Shown piece by piece: positions 40,568 through 49,735 of a stretch of 64,000 nucleotides of DNA. Position 1 is the first letter of the stretch. Every line of letters starts with the position of its first letter. The position numbers and the translations under genes are program-made. Origin of the DNA: an uncultured Trueperaceae bacterium (GTDB lineage: Bacteria; Deinococcota; Deinococci; Deinococcales; Trueperaceae); assembly GCA_963727505.1 (NCBI GenBank), contig CAVSGP010000004.1:864001-928000 (forward strand), read 5' to 3'. Under the pieces are notes generated by a model that was given only the letters and a program-made list of their open reading frames with translations, ran no database searches and was not told the origin of the DNA.

Positions 40568-40720
40568 GTAGAAGGATAGGCCCGTCTCTTGAAAGAAGGT
40601 TGAAGGATTCGTGAGAATCGTGACTGCGTTGCATGAAGTCGACTTCAGACGGTGCCCTCGGACGGTCCGCTCAGGCCGGGCATGGGTGGCGGGCGCCCGC
40701 CACCACGCCCACGGTGCGCC

Positions 40721-41365
40721 TCAATCGAGGAGGTTGTGCTCGAGCGCCCAACGCACCAGTTCGGCTCGGGTCTTGACGCCCAGCTTCTCCGACGCGCGCT
40801 CGCGGTAGGTAGCCACCGTCTTCTCGCTGATCCCCAGCGCTTCCGCGATCTCCTTGTAGGTGCTGCCGTGGGCGATGTGTCGCACCACCTCGTGCTCACG
40901 CTGCGTGAGCCGGGCGTTGCGGTAGGGGTCACCGGTGGCCATCTCCCGTGCCAGCTCGGCCAGCAGCCGCGCAGGAGCATAGTACTCGCCCCGGGACACC
41001 GCCAGGATGGCGTCGACGAGCTGCATCTCGAGCGAGCTCTTGGGCACGTAACCGGAGCCGCCGGCCTCCAGGAAGCCCTGTACGTACTCCGGGTCCTCGT
41101 GCATCGACAGCGCGATGAAGCGGGTCTCGGGCATACGCTTGCGCAGGCCCCGCACCGCTTCGATGCCGTTCATGCCCGGCAACGACAGGTCGAGCAGCAC
41201 CACGTCGGCGCCGATCTCGGGGAGCACCTCCAGCGCCTCCTCGGCGCTCTCGGCCTCACCGACCACCTCGAGCGAGTCCTGGGCGTTCAGCAACATGCGC
41301 ACACCGGCCCGCACGATGGCGTGATCGTCGACGATGAAGAGGCGGATAGGTTGGCGCGTGTTCAC
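40721..41365 (-). CDS. NarL/NreC-family response regulator
   Basis: IVDDH, LLDLSLP, LSM, VPK receiver residues; LuxR HTH LTQREHEV...LGISEKTV. Confidence 0.93.
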   Translation of the reverse strand: MNTRQPIRLFIVDDHAIVRAGVRMLLNAQDSLEVVGEAESAEEALEVLPEIGADVVLLDLSLPGMNGIEAVRGLRKRMPETRFIALSMHEDPEYVQGFLEAGGSGYVPKSSLEMQLVDAILAVSRGEYYAPARLLAELAREMATGDPYRNARLTQREHEVVRHIAHGSTYKEIAEALGISEKTVATYRERASEKLGVKTRAELVRWALEHNLLD

Positions 41366-41372
41366 GAGGCCT

Positions 41373-42485
41373 TCAGCGTACCGGAAGTCGGGCGTAGAGC
41401 GCGGTGCCTTGCCCGGGCTCGCTCTCGATCCGCAGGCTTCCGCCGAGCACCTCGAGCCGCTCACGCATCCCCATCAGGCCCACCTGCTCGCCGGGAAGCA
41501 GGGCCCGCTCGTCGAACCCGATCCCGTCGTCCTCCACCACGCACTGGACGTAGCTGTTGTAGGAAGTAACCACCACCGATGCCTGCCGGGCCGAGGCGTG
41601 ACGCACGATGTTCGTCAGCCCCTCCTGGACCACGCGGTAGAGCACGATCTCCTCCTGGTGCTGCAGCCTCGAGGGGAGGTTGACGAGCACGCTCACGTCC
41701 AGGCCGTAGCGCTCGTGGATGTCACGGGCGTAGCGACGGATCCCCGCGTCCAGACCGAGCTCGTCCAGCACCGACGGACGCAGGTCGAGCGCGATGCGCC
41801 GCACGTCGGACAGCGTCACCGACGTGAGCTCCTTCAGGCGCTGCAGGCTCTTGGCGTCGGCGTGGTCGATGTTCTGATCGAGGCCCAGCAAGAGGGCGGT
41901 GAGCGCCTGCCCGATCTGGTCGTGGAGGTCGCGCGAGATCCTGCCCCGCTCCTCCTCCTGCGCGGTCAGGAACGCCTGGAGCAGGCGCGAACGCTGCTGC
42001 TCCTTCTCGGCCAGCCGCTGGTGCAGGTGGGTGTGCTGCAGCGATGCGCGCATGACGTCGACGACCGCGCCGAGGAAGCTTTGCGAGACGTCCTCCCCGC
42101 CCGAGAGCGCCAGCAGCGCGACGTCGTCCACGGGCACCAGCAACCAATCGCCGGTACGCGCCACGTCGCCGTCGGACAATGCCTGTTCCCCCTCGGCGAT
42201 CAGGTCGGGGCGCTTGGGGCAGGCCCGCAGCGGGTCGAAAGGGCACAGCCCCACGGTCACGGTCGCCAAGGGGCGACCGGGTCCTTCCCGCAGGAGCCCC
42301 TCGCCGCAGGTGAACCAGCCCATCTCCAGCAGGGCGGTCAACGAGCGCTCGAGCACCTCCGACGCCTGGACGGTATCGGCGACGGCCTCGGCCAGGACGT
42401 GCAGCGTCTCCAGCTCGCGGGTACGACGACCCGCCTCGTCGAGCGTGCCGGTCATCCGGACCATCGGAAGCACCCGCCTGAGCAT
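41373..42485 (-). CDS. Soluble HisKA_3 sensor histidine kinase
   Basis: EEERGRISRDLHDQIGQ, QEGLTNIVRHA, DDGIGF, GLMGMRER motifs; no TM helix; Cys-containing GAF-like N-terminus. Confidence 0.9.
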   Translation of the reverse strand: MLRRVLPMVRMTGTLDEAGRRTRELETLHVLAEAVADTVQASEVLERSLTALLEMGWFTCGEGLLREGPGRPLATVTVGLCPFDPLRACPKRPDLIAEGEQALSDGDVARTGDWLLVPVDDVALLALSGGEDVSQSFLGAVVDVMRASLQHTHLHQRLAEKEQQRSRLLQAFLTAQEEERGRISRDLHDQIGQALTALLLGLDQNIDHADAKSLQRLKELTSVTLSDVRRIALDLRPSVLDELGLDAGIRRYARDIHERYGLDVSVLVNLPSRLQHQEEIVLYRVVQEGLTNIVRHASARQASVVVTSYNSYVQCVVEDDGIGFDERALLPGEQVGLMGMRERLEVLGGSLRIESEPGQGTALYARLPVR

Positions 42486-42503
42486 GTCCCCATCATAGGC
42501 GGC

Positions 42504-43049
42504 CTACCCGGCCGTGGGCACTCCGGCCGGAAGCGTCTCTCCCACAACGGTGGGCTGCGGGCGGACCATCATCACCGGCACGTGCGACCGCCGCAGGACG
42601 GCCTCGGCGACGCTGCCCATGACCAGCCGCTCGAGTCCGCTGCGGCCGTGCGTGGCCATGACCACCATGGCGACGTCCTCGCTCCGTGCCACGTCGATGA
42701 TCTCCCCCGCTGCGTCGCCGAAGCGAACGACCGTCGTCACCGTGAAGCCCGCCTGCGCCAGGAGGTTGACCTCGGGTTCCAGGTTGGCGCGCAGCTCGGC
42801 CTTCAGGCCGTCCCACACCTGGCTCTGGAAGATCGGATGGGTACGGTCCGCGTCCCCCCGGCCCAGCAGCCAGCTGTCGAGCGCCAGCGGGCGCGGAGGA
42901 GGACTGGTCACGCCCTCGGGCGTCGACACGACCCGCAACAGCATCACCGCGTAGGTGCTCGAGTCGAGCAGCGACCGCACGTACGGCAGCACCTGTCGGC
43001 TGAACTCCGAACCGTCCAACGGCACGAGAACCTTCCGGTCGCCCATCAC
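42504..43049 (-). CDS. Universal stress protein
   Basis: VLVPLDGS and MATHGRSG...GSVAE motifs. Confidence 0.9.
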   Translation of the reverse strand: MMGDRKVLVPLDGSEFSRQVLPYVRSLLDSSTYAVMLLRVVSTPEGVTSPPPRPLALDSWLLGRGDADRTHPIFQSQVWDGLKAELRANLEPEVNLLAQAGFTVTTVVRFGDAAGEIIDVARSEDVAMVVMATHGRSGLERLVMGSVAEAVLRRSHVPVMMVRPQPTVVGETLPAGVPTAG

Positions 43050-43101
43050 GCCACCTCCTCCGGATCCCCCGAAGGTCGGGATGCCACGCGGGGCACCCCG
43101 C

Positions 43102-43551
43102 TCAATCCTCCTGGTCGTGCGTCCGGATCAGCAGGAACGGCTTGCTCGAGCGCCTCAGCGCACCCTCGGCCACCGACCCGAACATCCAGCGGTTGAACCC
43201 GCGCCGGCCGTGGGTCCCCATGATCACCGCGTCGCACTCCGCCTCGGCCTCGTGGATGGCCTGCACCGGATCGCGGTTCTCGACCAGCCGGGTCTCCACC
43301 TTCACGCTGGCCTGCTCGGCCTTCGCCGCCGCGTCGTCGAGCACACCCTGCGCCGCGGTCTTGAGGTCCTCGTAGAGCTGCGCCGAGTAGGGCAGTGTCT
43401 CCGGTGTGGCGTAGCCCGTGGTCAGTGGATTCTCCAGCACATGCAGGAACAGCACCTCGGAGCCGAGGCGCCGGGCGAGGTCGAGCCCGTGCTCGATCGC
43501 GTGGTTGGCGCATGCGCTCCCGTCGGTCGGCATCAGGATCTTCTGGTACAT
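43102..43551 (-). CDS. Universal stress protein
   Basis: MYQKILMPTDGS and MGTHGRRG...GSVAE motifs; RBS AAGGAGG. Confidence 0.92.
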   Translation of the reverse strand: MYQKILMPTDGSACANHAIEHGLDLARRLGSEVLFLHVLENPLTTGYATPETLPYSAQLYEDLKTAAQGVLDDAAAKAEQASVKVETRLVENRDPVQAIHEAEAECDAVIMGTHGRRGFNRWMFGSVAEGALRRSSKPFLLIRTHDQED

Positions 43552-43637
43552 GGCTCCGGCCTCCTTGCGAACCGCACACAGCGCGGCCTTGGCGACCGCC
43601 CTCGAGTTCAGCCTAGGGAGGCGCTCCCACGGCTCCA

Positions 43638-43677
43638 TCCTGGATTGTGCCGACGCCCGTGTCGGAGTTTTCCCGAC
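43638..43677 (-). promoter_or_regulatory. Tandem 17-bp palindromic boxes upstream of the usp-usp-kinase-regulator unit
   Basis: GTCGGAGTTTTCCCGAC (43661-43677) plus a weaker box ending CCGAC at 43654; -10 TAGGCT at 43610-43615. Confidence 0.55.
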
Positions 43678-43987
43678 GCGACCCCTCGGAGGTCCATGCT
43701 CGACTAGGAGAGGATCGAGGAGTGCGGCCGCGCCGCACCCGACAGCCCGACGCCCCAGCGCTCCTCACCCATGGTCACCGTGACCTACCCCCGGCAACCC
43801 GCGGTCACGGTGGCCACCCTTCGCAGGTGTCCGGCGCGCCGATCCCGGCCGCCGGATGCCGCCTAGGGCGTCCCTTCCGGGGACGGGGCATCGCCGCTGG
43901 CACCTGAAGGGCGCCGTGGACGATCCCCAGCGCGTTCCCGCGGTCCTCGGCGTTCGGGTCCACCGGGCGCACCCCATGGGAGGCCGT

Positions 43988-44191
43988 ATGATCGCCGTCG
44001 CCTGCCCCATCTGCGAAGCCGTCATCGAGCTCGAGGATCCCGTCCTGGACGCGACGCTGGCCTGCCCCGATTGCGGTGAGGAGTGGCGTTTGGCCGCCCT
44101 CGACCCGCCCGAGCTCGTCTACGCCCGGGACATGGAGGAAGAGATCGCCATCGAGCCCGACGAGGACCACCCCCGGCAGAGTCCCGCCTGA
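43988..44191 (+). CDS. LysW-like zinc-ribbon protein lacking C-terminal EDWGE
   Basis: CPIC...CPDC...LDP.EL plus acidic tail; RBS GGGAGG. Confidence 0.7.
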   Translation: MIAVACPICEAVIELEDPVLDATLACPDCGEEWRLAALDPPELVYARDMEEEIAIEPDEDHPRQSPA

Positions 44192-44278
44192 CCCCTTCGT
44201 TCGCTCCGACGTCGCGCGGGGGCGTCCATCAGGGACGCCCCCGCGTTCGATGCCGCAGCGCGCCGTTCGCGCGTCCGG

Positions 44279-44833
44279 TCAGTCGTCGGCCACCGGCCGT
44301 CCGGCGTCCCCGCCTGCGCCCACCACGGACGCCTCGAGGCGATCGGCGATGTGCGTTGCCCACGCCTCGACCCGCGCGAAGTTGCGGAAGTCCCCGCTCA
44401 CCCCCCGCATCGAGCGGTTGATCAACCAGTCCTGCAAGTTGAGCGCGTCGGGATCGATCTTGCCGGCGAAGAGCGCGATGTCGAGGGGCCGCACCACCGC
44501 CACCAGGCCACGGAGCTCCTCGGGATAGACCCAGCCCCCCAGCGCTTCGACCGGGTCGCCCGGCACGGTAGGTCCGCTGGAGAAGAGCCACACCGGAAGC
44601 GCGCTCAGATCCTCCTGGAAGCTCTCGAGCAGCTCGCGGGCGTCCTCGAGCCAACCACCGGAGTAGAGCGCACTGCCCAGCACCACAGCGCGGTAGCCCT
44701 CCAGGCGCGCGACTTCCGCCGCAGCCCGGACGTCCACGGCGCTGCCACGTTCCTGCAGCACCCGCCCGATCGTCTCGGCGATCTCCCGGGTAGCTCCATA
44801 GCGGCTGGCGTACGCGATGAGGATCGGCACCAA
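44279..44833 (-). CDS. Flavodoxin-domain protein (HemG-like)
   Basis: LIAYASRYGATREIA, VVLGSALY, WLFSSGP, FAGKID, GDFR motifs. Confidence 0.85.
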   Translation of the reverse strand: MVPILIAYASRYGATREIAETIGRVLQERGSAVDVRAAAEVARLEGYRAVVLGSALYSGGWLEDARELLESFQEDLSALPVWLFSSGPTVPGDPVEALGGWVYPEELRGLVAVVRPLDIALFAGKIDPDALNLQDWLINRSMRGVSGDFRNFARVEAWATHIADRLEASVVGAGGDAGRPVADD

Positions 44834-44897
44834 GCACCTCCACGCTCCAACGAAGGTCGCGTCTCCCCGAAGGTAGTGCCCCGAGCGGCGCCTCCCC

Positions 44898-44937
44898 AGG
44901 GCGAATCATCCGACACCGCTGTAGGATTTTGCCGGAC
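44898..44937 (-). promoter_or_regulatory. Tandem 17-bp boxes upstream of the flavodoxin gene
   Basis: AGGGCGAATCATCCGAC, 6 bp, GTAGGATTTTGCCGGAC; -10 TACCTT at 44870-44875; same geometry as 43610-43677. Confidence 0.5.
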
Positions 44938-44960
44938 GCTCGCGGAGGACCCGCGCCGGC

Positions 44961-45275
44961 TCAGCCCTGCTCGTCCAGCACGTCCTCCAACCAGGTCATG
45001 GCGCGCATCATCGCGGGGAAGCCGAGGGTGGTCGTCGCCTGCAGCACGGCGTGCTTCAGCTCGTCGGCACTCACACCGGCCTTCAAGGCGCGGCGCGCAT
45101 GGCTGTGCAGGGCTCCCTCGTGCGCGGCTCCCACGGCGAGCGCGAACTTCACCAGGCGCTGCTCGCGCTCGCTCAACGGACCCGCATCGGTCGCGGCCTG
45201 GCCGAGGCTCTCATAGGCTCCGACGACGTCGGGATAGCGCTGCTTGAGGCGTTCGTACGGCTTGGGAAGGCTCAT
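44961..45275 (-). CDS. Carboxymuconolactone decarboxylase family protein
   Basis: GPLSEREQRLVK.ALA...HSHARRAL.AG.S.DEL...TTLGFP pattern. Confidence 0.85.
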   Translation of the reverse strand: MSLPKPYERLKQRYPDVVGAYESLGQAATDAGPLSEREQRLVKFALAVGAAHEGALHSHARRALKAGVSADELKHAVLQATTTLGFPAMMRAMTWLEDVLDEQG

Positions 45276-45422
45276 TGGGCTCCTCTCTCGGTTCCGGGGC
45301 GGCAGGTCGGCCGCTTGCCGGCCCTGCCCGGCGGTGGGCGACGAGGCGGTGGGCGAACCGCCGCGGCGACCGTGCAACGCGACGTTCACGTTCCATGCTA
45401 CTCGCGCGCCCGGCACGACAGT

Positions 45423-45457
45423 GGGCGGGGCCCGAAGCGTTCGCCCGGGCCCCGCCC
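45423..45457. terminator. Hairpin downstream of the psr-rhodanese operon
   Basis: 12-bp perfect stem GGGCGGGGCCCG/CGGGCCCCGCCC; no clear U-tract. Confidence 0.5.
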
Positions 45458-45481
45458 TCCTCGGTCCCGCTGCTCGAAGCG

Positions 45482-45931
45482 CTAGTGCGCGACCGGAAGA
45501 CCGGCGCTGGTCCAGGCACCCAACCCGCCGGCGATGTTCTTGACGTTCGAGTAGCCGAGCATCTTGAGGTACAGCGTGCCGTAGAAGCCACGCGTGCCGG
45601 CGGCGCAGTACACCAGGATCGGCTCGTCGAGGTTCGCCGGGAGCTTGTCCAGGCTGTTCGCGAGGTCCGTGATCGGCACCAGCACCGCGCCCTGGATGTA
45701 GCCGTTCTGGTCCCACTCGCTCTGGTTACGCACGTCGAGGAGGAAGGGCTGGATGGCGTCGATCTGCTGCAGCGCCGCCTCCGGCTGGACCTGCAACCAG
45801 CCGGCCTGGCTGGCCTCGGCGATGACCTTGGCGAACGCTTCGGAGCCAGGCGTCGGGGCGGGTCCCTGCGCGAAGGCGGGGAGCATCGCAAGGAAGGTGA
45901 AGGCGGCAAGCGTGGCGAGGATGCGTTTCAT
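45482..45931 (-). CDS. Exported single-domain rhodanese (Sud-like sulfur transferase)
   Basis: Sec signal MKRILA...AFA; LLDVR..EW...I.GA, catalytic YCAAGTRG, GG..AW motifs. Confidence 0.88.
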   Translation of the reverse strand: MKRILATLAAFTFLAMLPAFAQGPAPTPGSEAFAKVIAEASQAGWLQVQPEAALQQIDAIQPFLLDVRNQSEWDQNGYIQGAVLVPITDLANSLDKLPANLDEPILVYCAAGTRGFYGTLYLKMLGYSNVKNIAGGLGAWTSAGLPVAH

Positions 45932-46044
45932 GACAGGTGTTCTCCCTTCTCTAGGGGTTCGAACCCCCATTGGAGCCGATGGGTGGGGTCGGACCCGTAC
46001 GGGGCCCGGGTGTTGCGCGGCCCGCTGGGAGCGGGCGGCGCGGG

Positions 46045-46851
46045 TCACGACAAGGGCGGCATGAACGCTCCGATCTCGACCAGCAACGTGCGGGCGAGGA
46101 CCGCGCCGGCCACCACCAGCACGCCAGCGAGCGCCGGGTAGCGGCGGAGCAGGGCGGGCCCCAGCAGCATGGCCGCGAGCGCGGCGACGAACAGCGTGCC
46201 GCCCTCATGCCAGAGGTGGGCCAGGCCTTCGCGCGCCGCCAGCCCGCCGGTGGCGAGCCCGACCAGGTAGAGGCCGCCCAGCAGGGCTCCGGCGAGGCCC
46301 AGGACTGCCACCGCGGGGCGCAGATCGGTCTGCCGGAAGAGCAGAGCCAGCCCCCAGGCCAGCAGCAGGCCGGTGACCGGCATGAAGGCGAGCAGCAGCG
46401 GTGTCCACAGCGGCCGAGCGCTGTTGGCGGCCAACGCCAGCCCGGGATAGAGCAGCGCCATCGTCGAGGTCAAGACCAGCAGCGCACCCCACAGACGGCG
46501 CGGGCCCCAGCCGAACGCCAGCAGCAGCCCGAGAACGGCCGACCCGGCCAACCCCCACGCCCCCCACCAGATGGCAGACGCGGGCCGGATGCTCAGGAAC
46601 AGGTAGACGTGGGTCAAGCGCCAGCGCGCCAGCGACTCGGCCCACAGCACCACCATGTCCAGGGCGATGAACCCCACCGAGAGAGCGGGCAGGCGCCAGC
46701 CCAGGCGGCCGCGACCGAGCGCGCGGTAGGCGACCAGCAAGGCCACCCCGCCGGCCAGCGCCACCAGGCAGAAGTGCAGCAGCGTCGGCCAGTGCCAGAA
46801 GGCACCGTCGTTGACCGCGCCGTAGAAGGTCGTCACAGGATCTCCCGTCAC
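46045..46851 (-). CDS. psrC: Polysulfide reductase membrane subunit (NrfD/PsrC family)
   Basis: FYG..N...FWHW...HF.LV.LAGG N-terminus as in Thermus PsrC; multiple TMs. Confidence 0.85.
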   Translation of the reverse strand: MTGDPVTTFYGAVNDGAFWHWPTLLHFCLVALAGGVALLVAYRALGRGRLGWRLPALSVGFIALDMVVLWAESLARWRLTHVYLFLSIRPASAIWWGAWGLAGSAVLGLLLAFGWGPRRLWGALLVLTSTMALLYPGLALAANSARPLWTPLLLAFMPVTGLLLAWGLALLFRQTDLRPAVAVLGLAGALLGGLYLVGLATGGLAAREGLAHLWHEGGTLFVAALAAMLLGPALLRRYPALAGVLVVAGAVLARTLLVEIGAFMPPLS

Positions 46852-47429
46852 CGCAGCACCCCCTCACGCGTGAGCCCGAAGCGGGCGGGAGCGTTCAGGT
46901 ACACAAGCTTCGGGTGTGTGCCCTGCTCGGGCTTGAGCACCTCGACCCGGTCGGCGGCGCGGATGGCCCGACTCACATCGCTTCCGGGGTCGTCCAGGTC
47001 GCCGAAGGTGCGGCACAGGGTGGGGCAGGTCTCCACGCAGGCGGGCATACGCCCTTCGGCCAGCCGGTGCTCGCAGAAGGTGCACTTGCCGACGAAGCCG
47101 CGCTCATCGAAGTAACGCGCTCCGTAGGGACACGCGGCGATGCACGCGCCGCAGGCGATGCAGGTCTCGGCATCCACCAGCACGATGCCGTCGTCGTTGA
47201 CGTGGCTGGCACCGGTCGGGCAGACCCCGACGCAGGGCGGGTCGGCACACTGCATGCACTGCTCCGGGCGGTACTGCATGGCGAGATCGGGGAAGGTGCC
47301 CGACTCCTCGAGCCGGATCCACAAGCGACTCACCCCGGCCGGGACCTGATTCTCGAGCTTGCAGGCGACGGCGCACGCGGCGCACCCGACGCAGGACGCC
47401 AGATCGATCGCCATGGCGTAGCGGGCCAT
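46848..47429 (-). CDS. psrB: Polysulfide reductase 4x[4Fe-4S] subunit
   Basis: CVGCAACAVAC, CMQC..PPCVGVCP, CIACGACIAACPY, KCTFC...ACVETCP. Confidence 0.9.
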   Translation of the reverse strand: MARYAMAIDLASCVGCAACAVACKLENQVPAGVSRLWIRLEESGTFPDLAMQYRPEQCMQCADPPCVGVCPTGASHVNDDGIVLVDAETCIACGACIAACPYGARYFDERGFVGKCTFCEHRLAEGRMPACVETCPTLCRTFGDLDDPGSDVSRAIRAADRVEVLKPEQGTHPKLVYLNAPARFGLTREGVLR

Positions 47430-49735
47430 CACACGCTCCTCTCGGCCAGCTTGCTGAGGCGCGGCAACCTCGGCCGCGGCGCACCTGGCACGAGCTTGAC
47501 GAAGGTCACGTGCATCCCAGCGCCGCCCGAGATCGGGTCGAGCCGGTAGTGGCTCATGAGGGCGGTATCGGACGCGCCGCGGCCGTTCGCCACCTTCATG
47601 TCGGGAGCGCGGTGGCCGAACCCGTGCACCATGTAGACGCAATCGCGGCGCAGCCGCTCGGTCGCGAAGACGGCGATCGGGCCGTCACGCACGCCGTCCT
47701 GATTCTCCAGCCAGACGTAGTCGCCGCTCTTCAACCCCAGTGCGGCCGCCTCCGCGTTGTGGATCCACACGGCGTTCTCGCTGTGCATCTCCATCAGCAC
47801 CCAGTTGTTCTGCGTCTTGGCGAAGGTGTGCACGGGACTGCGGCCGTAGAGCAGGCGGTAGCTTCCGGCCGGGCCCTCCTCGGGCGGCTCGTACACCGGC
47901 ATCGGGTCGAAGCCTGCGTCGGCGAACGTCTGCGAGTACAGCTCGATCTTGCCCGAAGGCGTGCCGAAGGGGTCGAGGTTGCGTTGCTCCCAGTCGGCGA
48001 GGTACGGGCGCCCGCGCTGCACCAGGGTGCCCGCCTTCTTCGCCTTGGCGAGGCTCGAGCCGATGCTGCTCAGGCGCTTGTCGAGGTAGGACTCGATGTC
48101 CGGCCAGTCGAAGTACGCCTCGAGACCCAGCCTGAGCCCCAGCTCCCGCGCGATCCACCACCCCGGCTTGGTGTCCCAAAGGGGCTCCACCGCCGGTTGT
48201 CGCAACTCGATGAAGGGAGTCTTGTGCGCGATCTCGACCAGATCGTCGTAGCGCTCGAGGTAGGTGGCCTCCGGCAGGATGACGTCGGCCCACATCACGT
48301 GGTCCATGGGGAGCACGTCGATAGCAACGTAGAGGTCGAGCTTCTTGAGCGCCTCCTGGGTTCGGGCCACGTTCGGGATGGAGTGGAACAGGTTCACGCC
48401 GTAGGCGATCAGGCCGGCGATGCGGTAGGGCTCACCGGTGATCATGGGCGGGATGAGCTCCTGCACCGCCGTGGTCTTCGCGAAGAACATGCCGTGATCG
48501 ACCGAGGCGCGGTAGCCCGTGTCGATCGTCTCGCCGCCGGAAGCGCCCGAGCAGCCGCCGGCGGCGGGTTCGAGCGGGAACGCGGCGTGCGGATACTTCT
48601 CGATGTAGGGCGGTTGCGCGAAGTAGAAGCCACCCTCCACGCCGTAGTTGCCAAGCAGCACGTTGACCAGGTAGAGCGCCCGCATGCGCTGGGTGTCGTT
48701 CCCGTACCAGACCGTGTGCCGGCCCGGAGGCACCACCGCGCGCGGTGCGTGCGCGGCGAGCTCGCGAGCGACGGCACGGATCACGTCCGCATCGAGATCG
48801 GTGACGTTCGCCGCCCACTCCGGCGTGAACGTCTGCACGTGCTCCGTCAACTTGTCGATCCCGACGGTATAGCGCTCGACGTACGCCTTGTCGTAGAGCC
48901 CCTCGGTGATCAGCACGTGGAGCCAGGCGAGCAGCAGGGCGGTGTCGGTGCCGGGCCTGATGGGCAGCCAGCGGTCGGCCTTCGAGGCCGCCACCGAGAA
49001 GCGCGGATCGACGACCACCAGCTTCGCCCCGCGCTTGAGCGCGAGGCTGAAGTCCTGGAGCTGGGTGTTGTGGGTGTCCTCGCCGATATGGTGCCCGACG
49101 AGGACCATGTAGTCCGTGTTCTCCCAGTCGATCGGCTCGTGGCCGCCGATGCCGCGCCCGAACGTCCACTGAGCGGCCGTCTCGCGCGGGCCCGTGCACA
49201 GCGACACCGACGGTTTGCCGACGTTGGGAGTGGCCCATGCCGCCGGGAGGTACTCGCCGAACCAGGTGTCACCGCTGCCGTGCGCGAAGAACGCCATCGA
49301 CTCGCTGCCGTAGCGCTCCTTGATCGCGAGCATGCCGGAAGCGATGACCGCGAGGGCCTCGTCCCACGTAGCCTCCCGGTACTTGCCGTCGCCGCGCTCG
49401 GTGCCCTCCATGCGGATCAAGGGGCGCTTCAGGCGGTCGGGATCGTAGGTCTGCGCCACCGCACCCTGACCCCGCGGGCACAGGCGGCCGCGGGACTTCG
49501 GGTTCTGCTCGTAGCCGTCGACCTTCCACACCCGGCCGTCGGCCACCGAAGCGCGAACGCCGCACTTCCAGAAGCAGTTCTCGCAGTAGGTGAGGACGGT
49601 GCTGACGTCGCCGTCGTACCAGGCCTTCGGCGCCCGCGCCAACGGGTTGGGCAGCTTGAGGGCCTGCGTCTCCGAGGCCACCATCAGCGCGCCCACCGAA
49701 GCGGCGGACAGCTTGAGAAACTCACGCCGTTTCAT
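47429..49735 (-). CDS. psrA: Polysulfide/thiosulfate reductase molybdopterin subunit
   Basis: Tat KRREFLK; FS0 CENCFWKC...LCPRG; Mo-ligand region SLCTGPRE; HTFAKTQN. Confidence 0.88.
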   Translation of the reverse strand: MKRREFLKLSAASVGALMVASETQALKLPNPLARAPKAWYDGDVSTVLTYCENCFWKCGVRASVADGRVWKVDGYEQNPKSRGRLCPRGQGAVAQTYDPDRLKRPLIRMEGTERGDGKYREATWDEALAVIASGMLAIKERYGSESMAFFAHGSGDTWFGEYLPAAWATPNVGKPSVSLCTGPRETAAQWTFGRGIGGHEPIDWENTDYMVLVGHHIGEDTHNTQLQDFSLALKRGAKLVVVDPRFSVAASKADRWLPIRPGTDTALLLAWLHVLITEGLYDKAYVERYTVGIDKLTEHVQTFTPEWAANVTDLDADVIRAVARELAAHAPRAVVPPGRHTVWYGNDTQRMRALYLVNVLLGNYGVEGGFYFAQPPYIEKYPHAAFPLEPAAGGCSGASGGETIDTGYRASVDHGMFFAKTTAVQELIPPMITGEPYRIAGLIAYGVNLFHSIPNVARTQEALKKLDLYVAIDVLPMDHVMWADVILPEATYLERYDDLVEIAHKTPFIELRQPAVEPLWDTKPGWWIARELGLRLGLEAYFDWPDIESYLDKRLSSIGSSLAKAKKAGTLVQRGRPYLADWEQRNLDPFGTPSGKIELYSQTFADAGFDPMPVYEPPEEGPAGSYRLLYGRSPVHTFAKTQNNWVLMEMHSENAVWIHNAEAAALGLKSGDYVWLENQDGVRDGPIAVFATERLRRDCVYMVHGFGHRAPDMKVANGRGASDTALMSHYRLDPISGGAGMHVTFVKLVPGAPRPRLPRLSKLAERSV

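Noticed and set aside
43772..43816. 14-bp imperfect inverted repeat between the usp and LysW-like genes
   Set aside because: Single copy with no transposase or target duplication; cannot be assigned as mobile element end or terminator.
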